DNA from: Stegostoma tigrinum
Lineage: Eukaryota
Assembly: GCF_030684315.1 (NCBI RefSeq)
Contig: NC_081362.1
Location: 10,844,589 to 10,908,588, forward strand
Direction: 5' to 3'
Length of the DNA stretch: 64,000 bases
The notes beneath the pieces were generated by a model, which saw only the letters and a program-made list of their open reading frames with translations, searched no databases and was not told where the DNA came from. This document shows positions 24,540 to 37,800 of this stretch, piece after piece. The position numbers were made by a program, and so were the translations under genes. Each line of letters starts with the position of its first letter. The stretch's first letter is position 1.

Positions 24540-24752
24540 TTTTCCTTTAGCGTGCTTCCTATAAGAAAACAAGTGTTTTAAAATTCTCAAAACTTAAAGC
24601 ACTCTTGATCTGAAACCAAACCTTCTTTATTTATTTGCTGCTCTTTCCCAGTATAGTCCAGGTTCTAACCTAGTTTTATGCTTGTTCTGGTGCAACTTTA
24701 GGCCTTCCAATGTCAAACTGGACTCCATCTTTGTTGATATGTTTCTTGGCAG

Positions 24753-24838
24753 GTTGAAGAGAGGAGGAGTAAGCAAGAAGATCGGCTGAAGAAATTACAG
24801 ACTGCTGCAGCTGTGCTTCAGGAGAGAAATGCGGATGG
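24753..24838 (+). CDS. TRMT6: TRMT6 exon 8
   Basis: VEERRSKQEDRLKKLQTAAAVLQERNAD; CAG/GTCAGC boundaries. Confidence 0.93.
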
Positions 24839-24894
24839 GTCAGCAGATGTAACAAATGAACTCCATTATAATTCTGTTGCAGATCTTTCTATAA

Positions 24895-25210
24895 TCGTAG
24901 AATTCATAGAGTGTGGAAACAGGCCCATCGGCCCAACAAGCCCAAATCGACCCTTGGAGCATCCCACCCAGACCCATCCTCCTATCACCCACCTAAGCTA
25001 CTCATCCCTGAACACTATGGGCAATTTAGCATGGCCAACCCACCTAACCTGCACATCTTTGGAATGTGGGAGGTAACCAGAGTACCCAGAGGAAACCCAC
25101 ACAGACGCGTGGAGAATGTGCAAATTTCACAGTCACCCAAGGGTGGAATTGAACCTGGGTCCCTGGCGATGTGAGGCAGCTGTGCTAACCACTGAGCCAC
25201 TGTGCTGCCC
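24895..25210 (-). mobile_element. Near full-length V-SINE/HE1-like SINE
   Basis: Minus strand reads ggcagcacagtggctcagtggttagcacagctgcctcac..gacccaggttcaattcc (A and B boxes), then a V-domain-like core and a CR1-type tail. Confidence 0.85.
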
Positions 25211-26332
25211 TCAAAATGGCAATGTGATAGTTTGAATGCACCTGATGTTTACAAATTCATGTACAAATAGTAATCAACATTTATCCAGTGTGAATTAAAA
25301 CTTGCAGAAATTGCGAAAGTAAAACAAAGCTAATTTATCCCAGTTTTGCCCTGGTCAACCCTCACCTTTCATAACCTAAGTTCATATAAAATTCTACCTG
25401 TATCCTAACTTGCACAAAGCCACGTTCATCCATCACCCATGTGCTTTGCCTCCACCGTGTTACCTTTTTCTCCGTAACCACCACCTTTATTAGAATTCAC
25501 ATGTTGTCTTCAAATTCCTCTTAATGTTCAACAGCCTGTCAGAAATCTGCATTCCTCCAACTCCAGCATCTTGGCCACGTCTCATCTCCTTTAACATACT
25601 ATCAATCATCTCAGTCCACAATTTCTGGAATTTGCTCCCTAAACCACCTAACATCTGTAAGCCCCTTAAAATCATCCCTTTTGGTCAGACTTTGATCACC
25701 AGTCCAAATGAGCTGAATTCTCTTCACCTTAGTGAGTGACGGGCTTGGAGGTAAGGTCTCAAAAATATCTGATCCACACCACCCAACATATTACCATGGC
25801 CCTTGAAGATCCCAATGGTGAGCAGGAAAGCTGATTAACCACCTGCACCATGGAAATGAGCAGCCAGTGCACTTAAGGCTTCCATGAGGAGTAACATAAC
25901 CAGCTCAATAGCATTTTGCTATCGGCACAATCAGTTAACGTGCAGAGCCTGCTAATGTTATGAGACGTGGCTGCTCTAAGTTCAGTGTCTTCAGGGTAAA
26001 ATGCCCCGTCCCCTGAAATGGGATCTGAGCAGGACAGCCTTCTGCAACCCCAAAAAGACAACTGGATTCTTCTCCCCACTGATCTGAGGGACCTATTACT
26101 GATACACCACACCCCAGACATGTTGTGCTGGCTTAGTTATGGGGACAACATGTGACCCTAAAATCCACAGGTCTGCCAAATATTGGTTCCTTTGGTTTAC
26201 TTTGGCCAGCGTACTTTTATATAACACTGTAGGATGTTTTACTGTGATAAATACTGTGTCCTCTAAGTCAGTCTATTTGCTGTGAATAGTAGCTTCAGTT
26301 TTTTTAGAGTTAAATGTTTTTATTTATTGAAG

Positions 26333-26435
26333 GTTAATTATTGCAAGTCGCCTGTACCCCAGCCCCTTATTACTTTGTCTTTTGGAATTTGTGGCACCAT
26401 CTAGACCGTTTGTCATCTACTGCCAGTACAAAGAG
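26333..26435 (+). CDS. TRMT6: TRMT6 exon 9
   Basis: LIIASRLYPSPLLLCLLEFVAPSRPFVIYCQYKE; AG/GT boundaries. Confidence 0.96.
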
Positions 26436-26526
26436 GTAAAAGAAAAATTATATAAAAGCAGATTGGTTTGATTAAATATTTGGGACCATGATTCAGTTCA
26501 TTATCTTGTTTTCTTCCTCCATGTAG

Positions 26527-26613
26527 CCTTTGCTTGTGTGCTATTCAAATCTACGAGAAAGGGGCGGCGTTGTCAACCTGAGGTTATCTGAAACATGGCT
26601 GAGAGGCTACCAG
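26527..26613 (+). CDS. TRMT6: TRMT6 exon 10
   Basis: PLLVCYSNLRERGGVVNLRLSETWLRGYQ; AG/GT boundaries. Confidence 0.96.
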
Positions 26614-27239
26614 GTGAACCTAAATTAAACACTGAACAAGATGACTTCTAGTATAGAATTTCAGAGGCAGAATTTTAGCACCCATGATCTTACGTCCTAT
26701 TGAGCTACGCTGCTGCATGTACTCTATTAGGTAGATACATTGTTAATGCAGTGGGTATTTTAATTCATGTGATGTTTTCTAAACTGAGTTTTCCTGAGCC
26801 AAGCGCATTAATTTGCCCAAGACTGTCTTCAGCTTATACAAATAATTGTTGTCCAGACAGATCAACAGATTTTCCACTTGTTTTGCAGTAATATCATCAG
26901 TTTTCTTCCCGCTAACTCATTCCAACTCACCACTCCTCATCAATTATATCTGTTGAATGTGCTCTATCACTATAGCTTTATTAGATTTTTAGTCCATCAA
27001 ACCTGGTTTGTTTCTCAGCAAAGTCAGATTACAAAGGTACTTTTGCTGAAATGGTCTTGCATTGTAATTTTAACATGGCAGTTTAATCAGTTAGTGAGAA
27101 CTGTGCAAGGGGCCATAGTACAGAACAGCACCACATACTTGAGTTAATTTTACATGTTCAAACTATTAAGTTTAGGTTGTCCAGCCTAAATCCAGTTTCT
27201 CTGAAGATTGTCATCATGAGAGAGACCAAATAAACATCA

Positions 27240-27830
27240 CAAAATCATAGCATTGTTGCACTACAGAAGGAGGCCATTCTGTCCATTGTTTGTACCAGCT
27301 CTGTCTGAATGAACAAGTTATTTGGTGCAAATCTCCAAAAGTTTCCCCATAACCTTGAATGCTTTGATTGAGCCTGCCTCCACCACACACTTAAGATAGT
27401 ACATTCCAGACCTAACTACTCACTGCATAATTTTTGTTTTAATCTTTTACAGCTTTTACCAATTACTTTAAATATATGCACTCATTATTGATTTTTCCAC
27501 TAATTGTGACATTTTCTCCGTAACTATTCCAAACTGTCCACACTTATGATTTAGAATACCTGTCAAAATTTCTTTCAACCGTCTTTGTTTTTCTATGGAA
27601 AATAGTCCAAACATCTGCATTTTGTCTTTGTAATTAATTTCTTCTTTGCATACATTTCAGTGTGTTCACGTCCTTAATAATGTGCCATGCAGAAATGGAT
27701 GCAGTACTCAAGCTGAGGCCCAAGTGTTTTGAACAAGAACAACATATTCTCCTTTTTCTTGTATCATGTCCCTGTTAATAAAGTCCAGAACGCTGTATGC
27801 TTTATTAACCTTGCTCTCAACTGGTTATGC
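27240..27830 (-). mobile_element. Old CR1 3' fragment
   Basis: catag..acagaaggaggccattc tail and cagaaatggatgcagtactcaagctgaggcc (reverse of the LEYC.HFW-type motif). Confidence 0.55.
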
Positions 27831-27998
27831 CTCCTTATGTGTACGTATGTGTGGTCCCCTGCTCCTGCGCTCCTTTTACCATTTTCTTTGAATAGTTATC
27901 TAAAGAACAAGTCTTTTTTTAAAGAAAAATATTCTAAATTTGTGGCACTAATTTACATCAATATATAAAAATGTATAAAAATTGTACAAATATTTCAG

Positions 27999-28172
27999 GT
28001 TTTGCCAAACCGGACTCATCCCAAGCTGACAATGAGTGGAAGTGGTGGCTACATCCTGACCGGTATTACTGTTGCTATGGACAGAACGAAATCAGTAGAC
28101 AATATTTCTAATTCTCAGAGAGCTGAAGAACGTCCGGCCAAAAGACAAAAAATTGAGGAATCCAGAAGTTAG
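27999..28172 (+). CDS. TRMT6: TRMT6 exon 11 (last coding exon, TAG stop); spliced CDS 1467 nt, 488 aa
   Basis: VLPNRTHPKLTMSGSGGYILTGITVAMD..RPAKRQKIEESRS*, with a C-terminal NLS-like PAKRQK. Confidence 0.95.
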   Translation, partial: VLPNRTHPKLTMSGSGGYILTGITVAMDRTKSVDNISNSQRAEERPAKRQKIEESRS

Positions 28173-29679
28173 CCTTCCTCCAAGTACTGTAGCTAATCCT
28201 GAAACTGATATTGGAGCTGATTGTGGAGCTCATTGTAAAACTCAAACTGCAAGTTTCTACAGACTGCTATATGTTTATTTTCTTATAAATGGTATTTGTG
28301 CCATTTGAAATTTTCTGCTATGATGTGGAGCATCAGCAAAAGTGAGTTTGCATCTGTGATGTAGGTGCTCTCAATGCAAAGACAAGTATTGCTATGTACC
28401 AGTGTACAATGTTTCTTTATATCCACAATCCTGCAAAAAGTAAAAGAAATGAAATGAAGTGTCTTTTTGAAAAATGTGCGCATGCTGCAATTACATACAA
28501 GAAAAGTTTAGTTTGAAAGTTGTAAAACTCTCCCTGAATATTTGTTCCAGGCAACCTCCGAGTTGTCGAGGGACTCTAACTTTACAAAACCAAGGTCCTA
28601 ATTAATTAGGAATTGCGACCAGCTGTAAAATACATTGACTTTTTTCCACAGTTTCATTCATATCAAGTTATGGAAACTAACTTCATGCACTGAAGTATTT
28701 TTCTTGATGGATTTAGCTATTTTAAATTGATTTTATTTATAATTTGTACAGTAGTTTTCATATGCTAGTTTATCTGTAGTGAAAGTGTCATCACTGGAAT
28801 CAACTATCAAAAATTGAGTTGTCTCAGATAAATCCATTTAATCAAGCTTATTTTAAACTTAATTACCTTTCTAAATAATTATTTAGTCTAACATAGTCCT
28901 GTTTTCATGAACTGCATGTATGGAAGATTTGATTCAGTGTTCAAAAACATTTTCTGTCCCTAGTTACATGCTTCTTGCACTAAAATTTGAAAGTTCAAAT
29001 ATGGTATACATTCAATTTCTACAGTGTTTAAAAAGTTCACTTTTGATCAGAATTTTGCATGTATTGAAAACCTGCTTGGATCGCAAAGACTTGACAGGCT
29101 GTCAAACTGTTACAGTACTGCTTATGTATTTTAAATATTCTTCAATTCAAACGGCCTTGTCTTAAATTTGCCATGGAAAAATATAAACAAAACAGTTTAG
29201 TTTTCTTTTGTTTCTAACGTTATCTTCCATTGATGTTTTAAGAACCCCAATGAAATTTTGTACCTCAAACCAACGCCCCAGTCAAAAATGCAGCCATACT
29301 TTGAGATCTCCAGATGTTTTACATCACTGTACTGTCTCATTAATTAGACTGTTCCAAATGCTTTATTCCCATCTGTTCATACTGGTTTGTCCTGCAGTAA
29401 CACAGAGTTCACCAGATCTTTTATTTGGTACAGCTCAAGTTATTGTTAAATCTCCTCTCACTTCCCCAATTTAGTCTTTTTGGAATGTGTACTAGGCTTC
29501 TTTAATCTTTGTAATGAAAATGAAATGCAAGCGTTGGGATTTTATTCTTCCTAATTAGTGTTTTATTCAGTTTTGACTTGTGACCCAAAATTGTGTTTAA
29601 TAGTTTCTGACCTGGCTATGTATTCTATAGATTTAATATTTGATCCTGGACCAGACCAGACATCTTGATATAATCCTGA

Positions 29680-30445
29680 TTCAGAGACAGTAGGACCTGC
29701 CGATGATGGAGAATCTGAGATAACCAAGTGTAGAGCTGGATAAACATAGGCCAAGCAGCATCAGAGGAGCAGGAAAGCTGATGTTTTGGGTCTGGACTCT
29801 TCTTCAGAAATGGGGGAGGGGAAGGGGTTTTTGAAATAAATAGAGAGGGAGGGGGAGGCGGATGAAAGGTAGATAAAGGAGCAGATAGGTGGAGAGGAAA
29901 CAGACAGGTCAAGAAGGCGGGATGGATCCAGTAAAGGTGAGTGTAGGTGGGGAGTTGAGATGGGTGTTGATCAGTCAGGGGAAGACGGACAGGTCAAGGT
30001 GGCAGGAATGAGGCTGGTAGGTAGGAGATGGGGCTGGGGGTTGGTCAGTGAGGTGAGGGGACCTGATAGGTGGGAGGAAAAGATGGACAGGTCAAGGAGG
30101 CCGGCGCTGGGCTGGTTTTGGGATGAGATCAGGGGTGGGGAGATTTGAAACTTGTGAAGTCCCTCACCCCCATCCCAGGCCCCAAGAAAACCTTCCACAT
30201 CAAGTCCTTTTACTGGCTGCATCCCCATCTGCTTGAAGTGTCTGTCTCCTCTCCACCTGTCTGTTCCTTTTTATCACCTTCCATCCACTTCCCCACCACC
30301 ATGCTCGCTGTCGCTGTCTCTCTATTTCAGAATCCCATTCCCCTCCACCAATTCTGAAGAAGGGTCCAAACCAGAAACGTCAGCCTTCCTGCTCCTCTAA
30401 TGCTGCTTGGCCTGCTGTGTTCATCCAGCTCTATATCTTGTTATC
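29680..30445. mobile_element. PLE family-A insertion with inverted arms
   Basis: Tailed minus-strand arm 29680-30162, a short plus-strand ORF piece (ctcacccccatcccaggccccaag), then a tail-less plus-strand arm ending cttgttatc. No clear TSD. Confidence 0.85.
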
Positions 30446-33400
30446 CTGGACAGGGTCACCAAATTATGCTACCACCTGGTTAACACCATTCCCCTTTATT
30501 TTTAAAGTGGATAATGATGACTTCCAAAGGACTTAAACTGAAGCCAAAAATTGGAACAAAGACCAATATTTTATAAATTAGAACTGTAATACAATCTACC
30601 AGTACCTGTCCAGTTTATTTCTAACACCCCCAGTTGCCTTGTAAGCATGGGTAATATACAGTGATAAAACATTCCACAATGCACATCAATTGGTAAATAC
30701 TATCAAAACAGATTCCTTCCATTTCTCAGTAGTTGCTCCAATTGTTAATGTCGTGGATCATTAGATATTATAAGGGATTGCGATTCCTCATTTTTGTTCA
30801 TTTGGCATTAATTCCCTTCAAGGACTGTTTCATCATGGAGTGACTGAATGAATGTTCTTCCAGTTTATCACCCTGTGGTTATAGATCTGCACTGTGAACT
30901 TCTAAGCATAACTCCTGGTCTTCACTAGCAGCTGGACACTCTAAGCCAGATATGTCCTTGAGTTTTTCCCTTAACTCTAATCTTGCTCAGTTGTATGAAG
31001 CAGTTACTACGGCAGATATTCCAACCCTCATGCACTCGGCTGCCCTGAAGTACTAATGCTTCCAAGGTCGTCTCAGCTTCTGCCAATGCAGGACAAGTGA
31101 CCTTCCCACTTTCTCAGCTCATCAGGGCTACTGGGAGCCAAATAATTGCTTTTGCCATCTTCCCTGCATGATAGTTGAACATTTTTGAAATTTTCTTCTT
31201 AGTATCCTTTTGTAGGTTGTACAGTTTGTTCCATTTATATTAACATGCATTTTTTAATATATTAGAACTGAATCTGCTACTGCTCAGTTTCCCAACGCAA
31301 TATTATTTATTCCACTTATTGCATGATTGTTATATATTAATACTTATGCTTTTAGTCAGATTCATATTTGTTAGTATGGATTTTTTTTTTGGAAAAAAAA
31401 AAGCCCAACCCTAATTTGTTTTGTTGTAATTGATATTTGACATGAACTACAGAATTTCAGGAACGTTGCATTTCACTGTCTGTAATACAAGTCATGTCCC
31501 TGTTGGGGAAGGTTGGGGAGGGGTGAGAGGAAGGAGGTGGTCAATCTGTTCTGTTGTGTGCAGTGATGACGCTGGAGTAAATGCTGACCTCTTGTAATTT
31601 AGCTGGGCCATCCTGTTTAAATCAGTGCTCTGTGCAGTAACTTGAGATTAATGCAAAGATGGAGATTGAGACCATGCAGCTCCTAAAAATGCCATATCTG
31701 CAATTTCAAGTAACGTGACTTCAGTCTTGATAAATAACAAAGCAATTTGTAAAGTTTGTTGAATTTGGATTATTTGTGTAATATGGGAACTGAGGTCAAT
31801 GCACTTTAAAGGTACTGTAGACATTATCAAAGAAGATTTACCTATTCAAAACGGGTGCTAATAAAATTTCCCACAAGCGTGGAGAATTAAGTATTCAGTT
31901 GCAACTTTAGATTAAATGTGGACCTAAAGCAGTTGTGTGCTTGAAACCATATGCAGGAAGACCATTTCAAAAAGAAATTGATGGGTATCTATTTCCCAAC
32001 TCTCATCATCTGACCAGTTGATCAAATGCTGTACATCACACAGCCCTGAAAACATGCTGTGCATTGTATTTGGTATTAATTCTGTAGTAGTGCGAATGAG
32101 AAAATAAGTGGAAAAACATCTGCATCTCAACAGAGGTGATAAATTGAGGTTTCATTCACAACCACCACCACAAAAGTGATTTTTCAAAAGATCCCCAAAC
32201 ATTAGGGGCAGAAATTTGAACTGGAGAGGTAGGTACCCTGCTTCCTCCATGAAAGAGTACACAGCTCATGTACTGAAGTGTTCAAGTCCAGATTCTAGCC
32301 TGTCAGTGGGTTAAACTAGTGCTGAGCAAGACTTCTCACTGGCAGGAAATTGCACCCTTTACAAGCTGCTAGTAATCAGAACTCAGAAGTGGGCTCTGCC
32401 ACCACTGTTGACTCTGCACTGGGACCCAATGGATTCCCAAATTGAGGTACGTTGGAGGCCTCTGGATAGAGGTGTAGGGTAGGTTTTAAAGTACAGTTGG
32501 ATAGGAAGGAAATGTAAACTAAGTAACACTAACGGCAGCATGTTTGACCTCTTTGGAATCCGAGTCATACTGGGTTTGAAGCATTAACTTTGTTTCTGCT
32601 AGACTTGCAGAGATTCTCGTGCACTTTGTTCTTTTAATTTCAGATTTCCAATGTAACTGTTTTGCTTTCCCAGAAAGGAAGGGGAATATACTTGGGGAAG
32701 TGGAGAGGTGGACCCTGTTATACTAGAACTCGTTTTTCTTTCTTGTCTCCCTGCTTACCACCACCATCCACTCCCAAAATAAACACCATTTTCTGTAAAT
32801 AGACAGCTCACTACTGCTCAACTGTATGGAGACATTTATTATTGGGATCAATTGAGTTTTTAATTATGCAGTAAACTCTGAGATGTGTGGGGACATTGTG
32901 GGCTGGCTACCAATCCTCTTTTACATGTCCTAGCATGTCCTACCACCTCATCCCCAATGAAAACTTGAGTGTAATGTTTAGCCTTGTTTCAGATTGGTCG
33001 TTTCTACCCCACCATCATTACCTCAACTACCTTACTTCCAGATCAAAATCATGAAATTAATTAATCTGGTGATTTAATGCTAAAAATGTTGGTGATCATT
33101 TGCACAAATGGCAACATTTCCAACATTAGTGGGATGCCATTGGACACTTTACTCCTTCAGTTGTAACACACAAGCATAGTAAGGCCATGAAACATGCTGT
33201 ATAAATGCATGTTTTTTTTTAATTTATTTGAACTTATTTTCATGAATGTGTTGAAATATCTATCCCAACTGTGGACTGTAAATGGCATCAGTTTGTTTAC
33301 CTGTTTTTAAAAAAACATACAGTTGTAGCCCACCAGAAATGTGTTTTAAGATAGAACTATTTGATGTCAAAATGCTGCTCAGGCCTTGGCACTTAAGTAA

Positions 33401-33497
33401 TTGTTATTGAATTCAATTGCATTTTGCCAATTCAGTATTGCTTATTTTTCATAGTTGGCTGAAAGTAGCAGTGACGCAGGATTGGAGTCAGTTCATC

Positions 33498-33503
33498 TTT
33501 ATT
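33498..33503 (-). terminator. Candidate CHGB polyadenylation signal AATAAA
   Basis: tttatt on the + strand ~320 nt after the CHGB stop; a second candidate lies at 33765-33770. Confidence 0.4.
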
Positions 33504-33820
33504 GTTATTTAAAGCAAATTATAGGCTGAACCATGGTACAACATTAATGTGAAGATGATAAGATCTGACAGTTTGCATGAACAAGGAACCCAACCTGTTT
33601 TTTAATCTTTCATGCTTTTAAATCTGCATAATACTTAACAATATGGAAATGCACAATGGAAATATTACCAGCATTCTAAAACATCGCACCTAGTGAACAA
33701 AAGACATTGTGATACTGTGCAAGTCACCTTTCCACTTTTAAGTGCATGATATATGTGGCTCTTCTTTATTTTTAAAAATATGGTATAGCAGAGAAGCTAA
33801 TTGACTTTTCTGACATTTTG

Positions 33821-33904
33821 TTAATTTCTTTGACTTCCATGTAGCTTTTTTGCCATTTTCTCCAGTTCTAAATCCATAGCTGCCAAATTCTCCAGTTCCT
33901 TCTC
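33821..33904 (-). CDS. CHGB: Chromogranin B exon 5 (last coding exon); spliced CDS 1932 nt, 643 aa
   Basis: EKELENLAAMDLELEKMAKKLHGSQRN* contains the granin signature ENLAAMDLEL; AAG acceptor, phase 0. Confidence 0.95.
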   Translation of the reverse strand, partial: EKELENLAAMDLELEKMAKKLHGSQRN

Positions 33905-34129
33905 CTTTAGGGACAATGAAAAACAAGTCATTATTTTGTCTTAACTCTATTCAAGATCGTGCCAGCAGAAATTTTCCAACAGAATAAATGCTACTTCAAC
34001 AGAACTGAATGCTATTTTGGTGATGTGGGAAATCTGAAAATCTTAGACCTGGCAACATCAAAGTAGAAAGAAATAGCAGTTCTGCTGAAAGAGTCCAGAC
34101 CTGAAATATTAACTGCTTGACCATGGATA

Positions 34130-34870
34130 CAAAAGGAAGCATGTGTGGAAATTGTGATGGTATGACTGATGATAATCTTCCAATACTGATTAAAAAATGA
34201 GATGCTGCTAGAGAACTAGAAAATGGTAAATGCTGCACCCTGATTCAAAAAAGGGTACAAGTATAAACTTTGTAAATTCAGGCAAATCTATTGTGGAAAA
34301 TCTTTTTGAAACAACAAATTGGAACAAAGTTAAATCATTTGAACAACTGCATGTTAGTAATGGAAAACCAGCAGCACTTTTAACGAGTTATTTGATGAGG
34401 TAATAGTGCTGATGAAGGTAATGCAATTGATTTCATTGAGGAAATGTCTGTTGTATGGCACATTAAATTTGATACTCTCTTTGTTTTATTCCTTAAGCCC
34501 AATGTCTAGGAATCAGTAATGGTAAATGGTTGAGTTTGCTGCAGCCTGGATAGGGGATGGAGTGGCATTCCATGTGTTGCTGTTTGAATCTGCTTTTCCT
34601 GGTATAAATATCTTGGGTGTGCAAACAATTTCAAAATCTGTAAATGATGCAACTCGCAAGTATTGTGAACTGTGAAGAGAATAGAGATAAACTTCAAGAG
34701 GGCGTAGGTTGGTGACAAGTAGTAAATTAAGTTCAATGCAGGAATGTGTGAAGTAATTCATTATGGTAGACAGAATATGGAGCATCAGTGTCAAATAAAG
34801 GACACAATTCTAAATGAAGTATAGTATCCGAGATCCAGGAGAGTATGTGTACAAATCACTGAAGGGCATC
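34130..34870 (+). mobile_element. Old CR1 ORF2 fragment
   Basis: Decayed NAAPLFKKG-like and gtttgcaaatga/KFN..KCEVIH-like segments (aagttcaatgcaggaatgtgtgaagtaattcat). Confidence 0.5.
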
Positions 34871-37800
34871 AGGCCCTACAACACTTTCTGTATGACCTGA
34901 CGGTTCTTTTCACATAATTATCCAATTTCATTTTGAAAGCAACAATTAAATCTATCCCCATCACGCATTGTCCCTGTATTCCAGCTTCTAACCACTGGCT
35001 ATATTTTTAAGAATTTGTTTGGTTCATTAATCATTCATTTCAATTGGTGTCTTCTGGTTCTCAACTCAATTTCAAAAATAACTATTGGTTAAAATATTTT
35101 GCCTGATGCAATGGAGGTTGTCCTCAAACAGAAATCAGATTATTTTACTCCAGTAAAACAGATAATCTCTTGAACACATACTGTCCTTTAGAACATCCTT
35201 CTGATTTTTTTTTCTGTTTTTGGAAGAGCTGCATTAAATGTGAGTTATTTATTTGTGTGAATACTATGGATGCCAATATCAGCATTACATTACATAGCCC
35301 TCAAAGATGTAAGCCAGTTTCAATCAAAAGTTCTTCTTGTCTACTCGCTTCATTTCGAGTAGGATGTTTCAATTTCTCACACTAGCCATCCCTGTTGAAA
35401 GGAATAGCTGATTCTAAGTGAATTATATGTAGTTTGAGATGGAAACCTGTCAGTAGTAAGAGATAAGTTTAAGCTGTCATTTATTAAGCTCACATACAAT
35501 CTGCAATGCAGTCCATAAGTTGAAGTTACATTCAAACACTGGATCTACTGGAAGTAAAATAACTTTGAAATTGCTGCACCTGTCCTAGTCTTCAATGATC
35601 CCTTCTCTGTAATATCTTTATCTCCATAAAACTTTAAGATTAATGTGCACTTCATATCCACAAGCTGTATTTCCAGTTTTTTTTTAAAAATCAGTCCTTT
35701 CTATCAACATTTACTTTTGTAATATTACTGCGCTATAATTTTCATCTTTAGTTTTGCTGTATAAACTTTCACAATTAAATTGCAGGTTTCAACCATTAGG
35801 TGGAGATGTGGAATGAGTTTCTGAAGTCTTCCCAAACTTCTATTCATGAACTAACCATGGGCCATAATGTTTACTGGGATAAGTTACTTCTCGTGTAGTT
35901 TTAATATATGCAATGTTTGCATCCATTACAGATGGGGAAACACTTAAGTGTCTCCTCCAAAGTATATAATATTCAAAGCTTTGCAACAAGATAGCAAGAA
36001 CCAATTAAACACATATTCAATGCCCTTAGTATTCAGTATCATCTACTAGAAATTGAGGATCATTCAGTATGAAAATTATCAGCTAATTTATGATCCTAGG
36101 TAATCTTATTACAAAACATTGTCAGATCCGAGGAGCCTGGCTTGATAAATTGAAATCTTTATTTCTTTTGGTTTTATCAAAGTGACTGCTTACATGAAAC
36201 ATAAGCTCACACTGCTAAAGATTTACTTTAGCAAGAAAATGGATGTCTATTGCAAAATAAAATAATCTAATTCACCTACTTATCACACAAATTCACAATG
36301 CATGTATAATTCCATCAATCCCAAAACACTCCATTGAAAATAAATGAGAATTTGTATATTACTCAAAAATACTGCTTGCATAAAATATGTGCAACCCTGA
36401 TTTTAACACTTCAGTAGGTTTAAGTCATTTGTGACTTCAATTTTTACATTGCAACTAGAAATAGCTTAGTTTTAAGGACCCGCATCAAGGTTCAATCTCT
36501 CTCTCTCTTTCTGTATCTATGTCAATGATGAGTGCTTCTCTTAAGCTTAAAAATCAAGGTCCAGAACACTTGAACTTTGATGCTCCATTATCTGCCATTC
36601 TGGGTCACAAAGATATCTAAGTAAATAAAAATCCATTCATGGCACACAAAACATTTTTAGGAGAAATCACCATTGCTACAAAAATACTTGCAAATTGATT
36701 ATTAACATCAGACACCACAGAAAACCCACCAGTTACTAACTCCAAGCCATAAACCCAAACTCAAAACAAGTAACATTAAAAATTATACACCATTCCCATA
36801 ATTTACATCACACAACACAATTTGAGATGACAAGTCAATTCTGATCAACTGATACCCTGTAGCCTCAGCTAAATTGCTAAAATATCTCTGTCAATAGTTT
36901 ATTGTATTCTATTGTATCCATCAATCCAACCCCTCTCTATATATGGTTTTCTGTCTTCTAATCTGTCACAGTTCTACATATATTAATAGTATTCGTGTTG
37001 GAAGATAAATCAATGTTGCAAGTTTGCTGTGGAAATTGAAGTGTAATTAAGCACATTGCATGTTTGAGAAATGTGATTTTCCAGTCATTAAGGGCACCTC
37101 GACCTTCCTCAGTGTTACAAAGGATGATTTCATTTCTTTAATATAACTGGCAAACCTCCTGTGGTCATGAACATGGTGAATCAGCGGATTCTGTTTTTTT
37201 TATATGACAACATAACTTTTTTTTTCCAATCTGGGGGACAAGAGCAGTGCCACTGATCTACTCTGACTAAATCCATTTTTTTTTATTACATGATATTTTG
37301 CAGATTTTTACTGTTTTTTTGGGGATCAAATTCTTTGACTCTGGCCATTACTCTGTGGAAGCTGAAATGATATTTTTTGCTATTTTGGTATGTACAATGT
37401 TATCTATTTTCTTTGTTGTTGCAGACACACAGAATATTTTTCACTGTCAGTCCCCATTAGTCAGGAATAGGGCAGGAAATTGTCTCCCTAATTCCACAAC
37501 CACCTTCAGCCCTGCTGTCCTTACAGATCTTCATACTATTTCTTATTCTGACCTCTCAGTTAAGCTTACTTGCTCCACAATTGGCAGAAAACCGACTGAC
37601 GTCCCAATCTCTGGAAATGCCTCTCCAAATGCTATTACCTGTGTACCTCTCTCTCTCTGCCTTCAATGTTCCATGAAATCTCCTTTTTTGACTAAGCTTT
37701 TTGATCATCTATCCAAGTACATCTTCAAATAGGAGTCATGCTAGTTCATGCAAATTGAGATCATCTGTCATTAAGGGGACTCCAAGTCGATTTTGTAATC

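Noticed and set aside
31500-31650. G-rich tract plus GTGATGA..CTGA as a possible C/D snoRNA
   Set aside because: The boxes are only ~16 nt apart, there is no terminal stem, and the site is intergenic.
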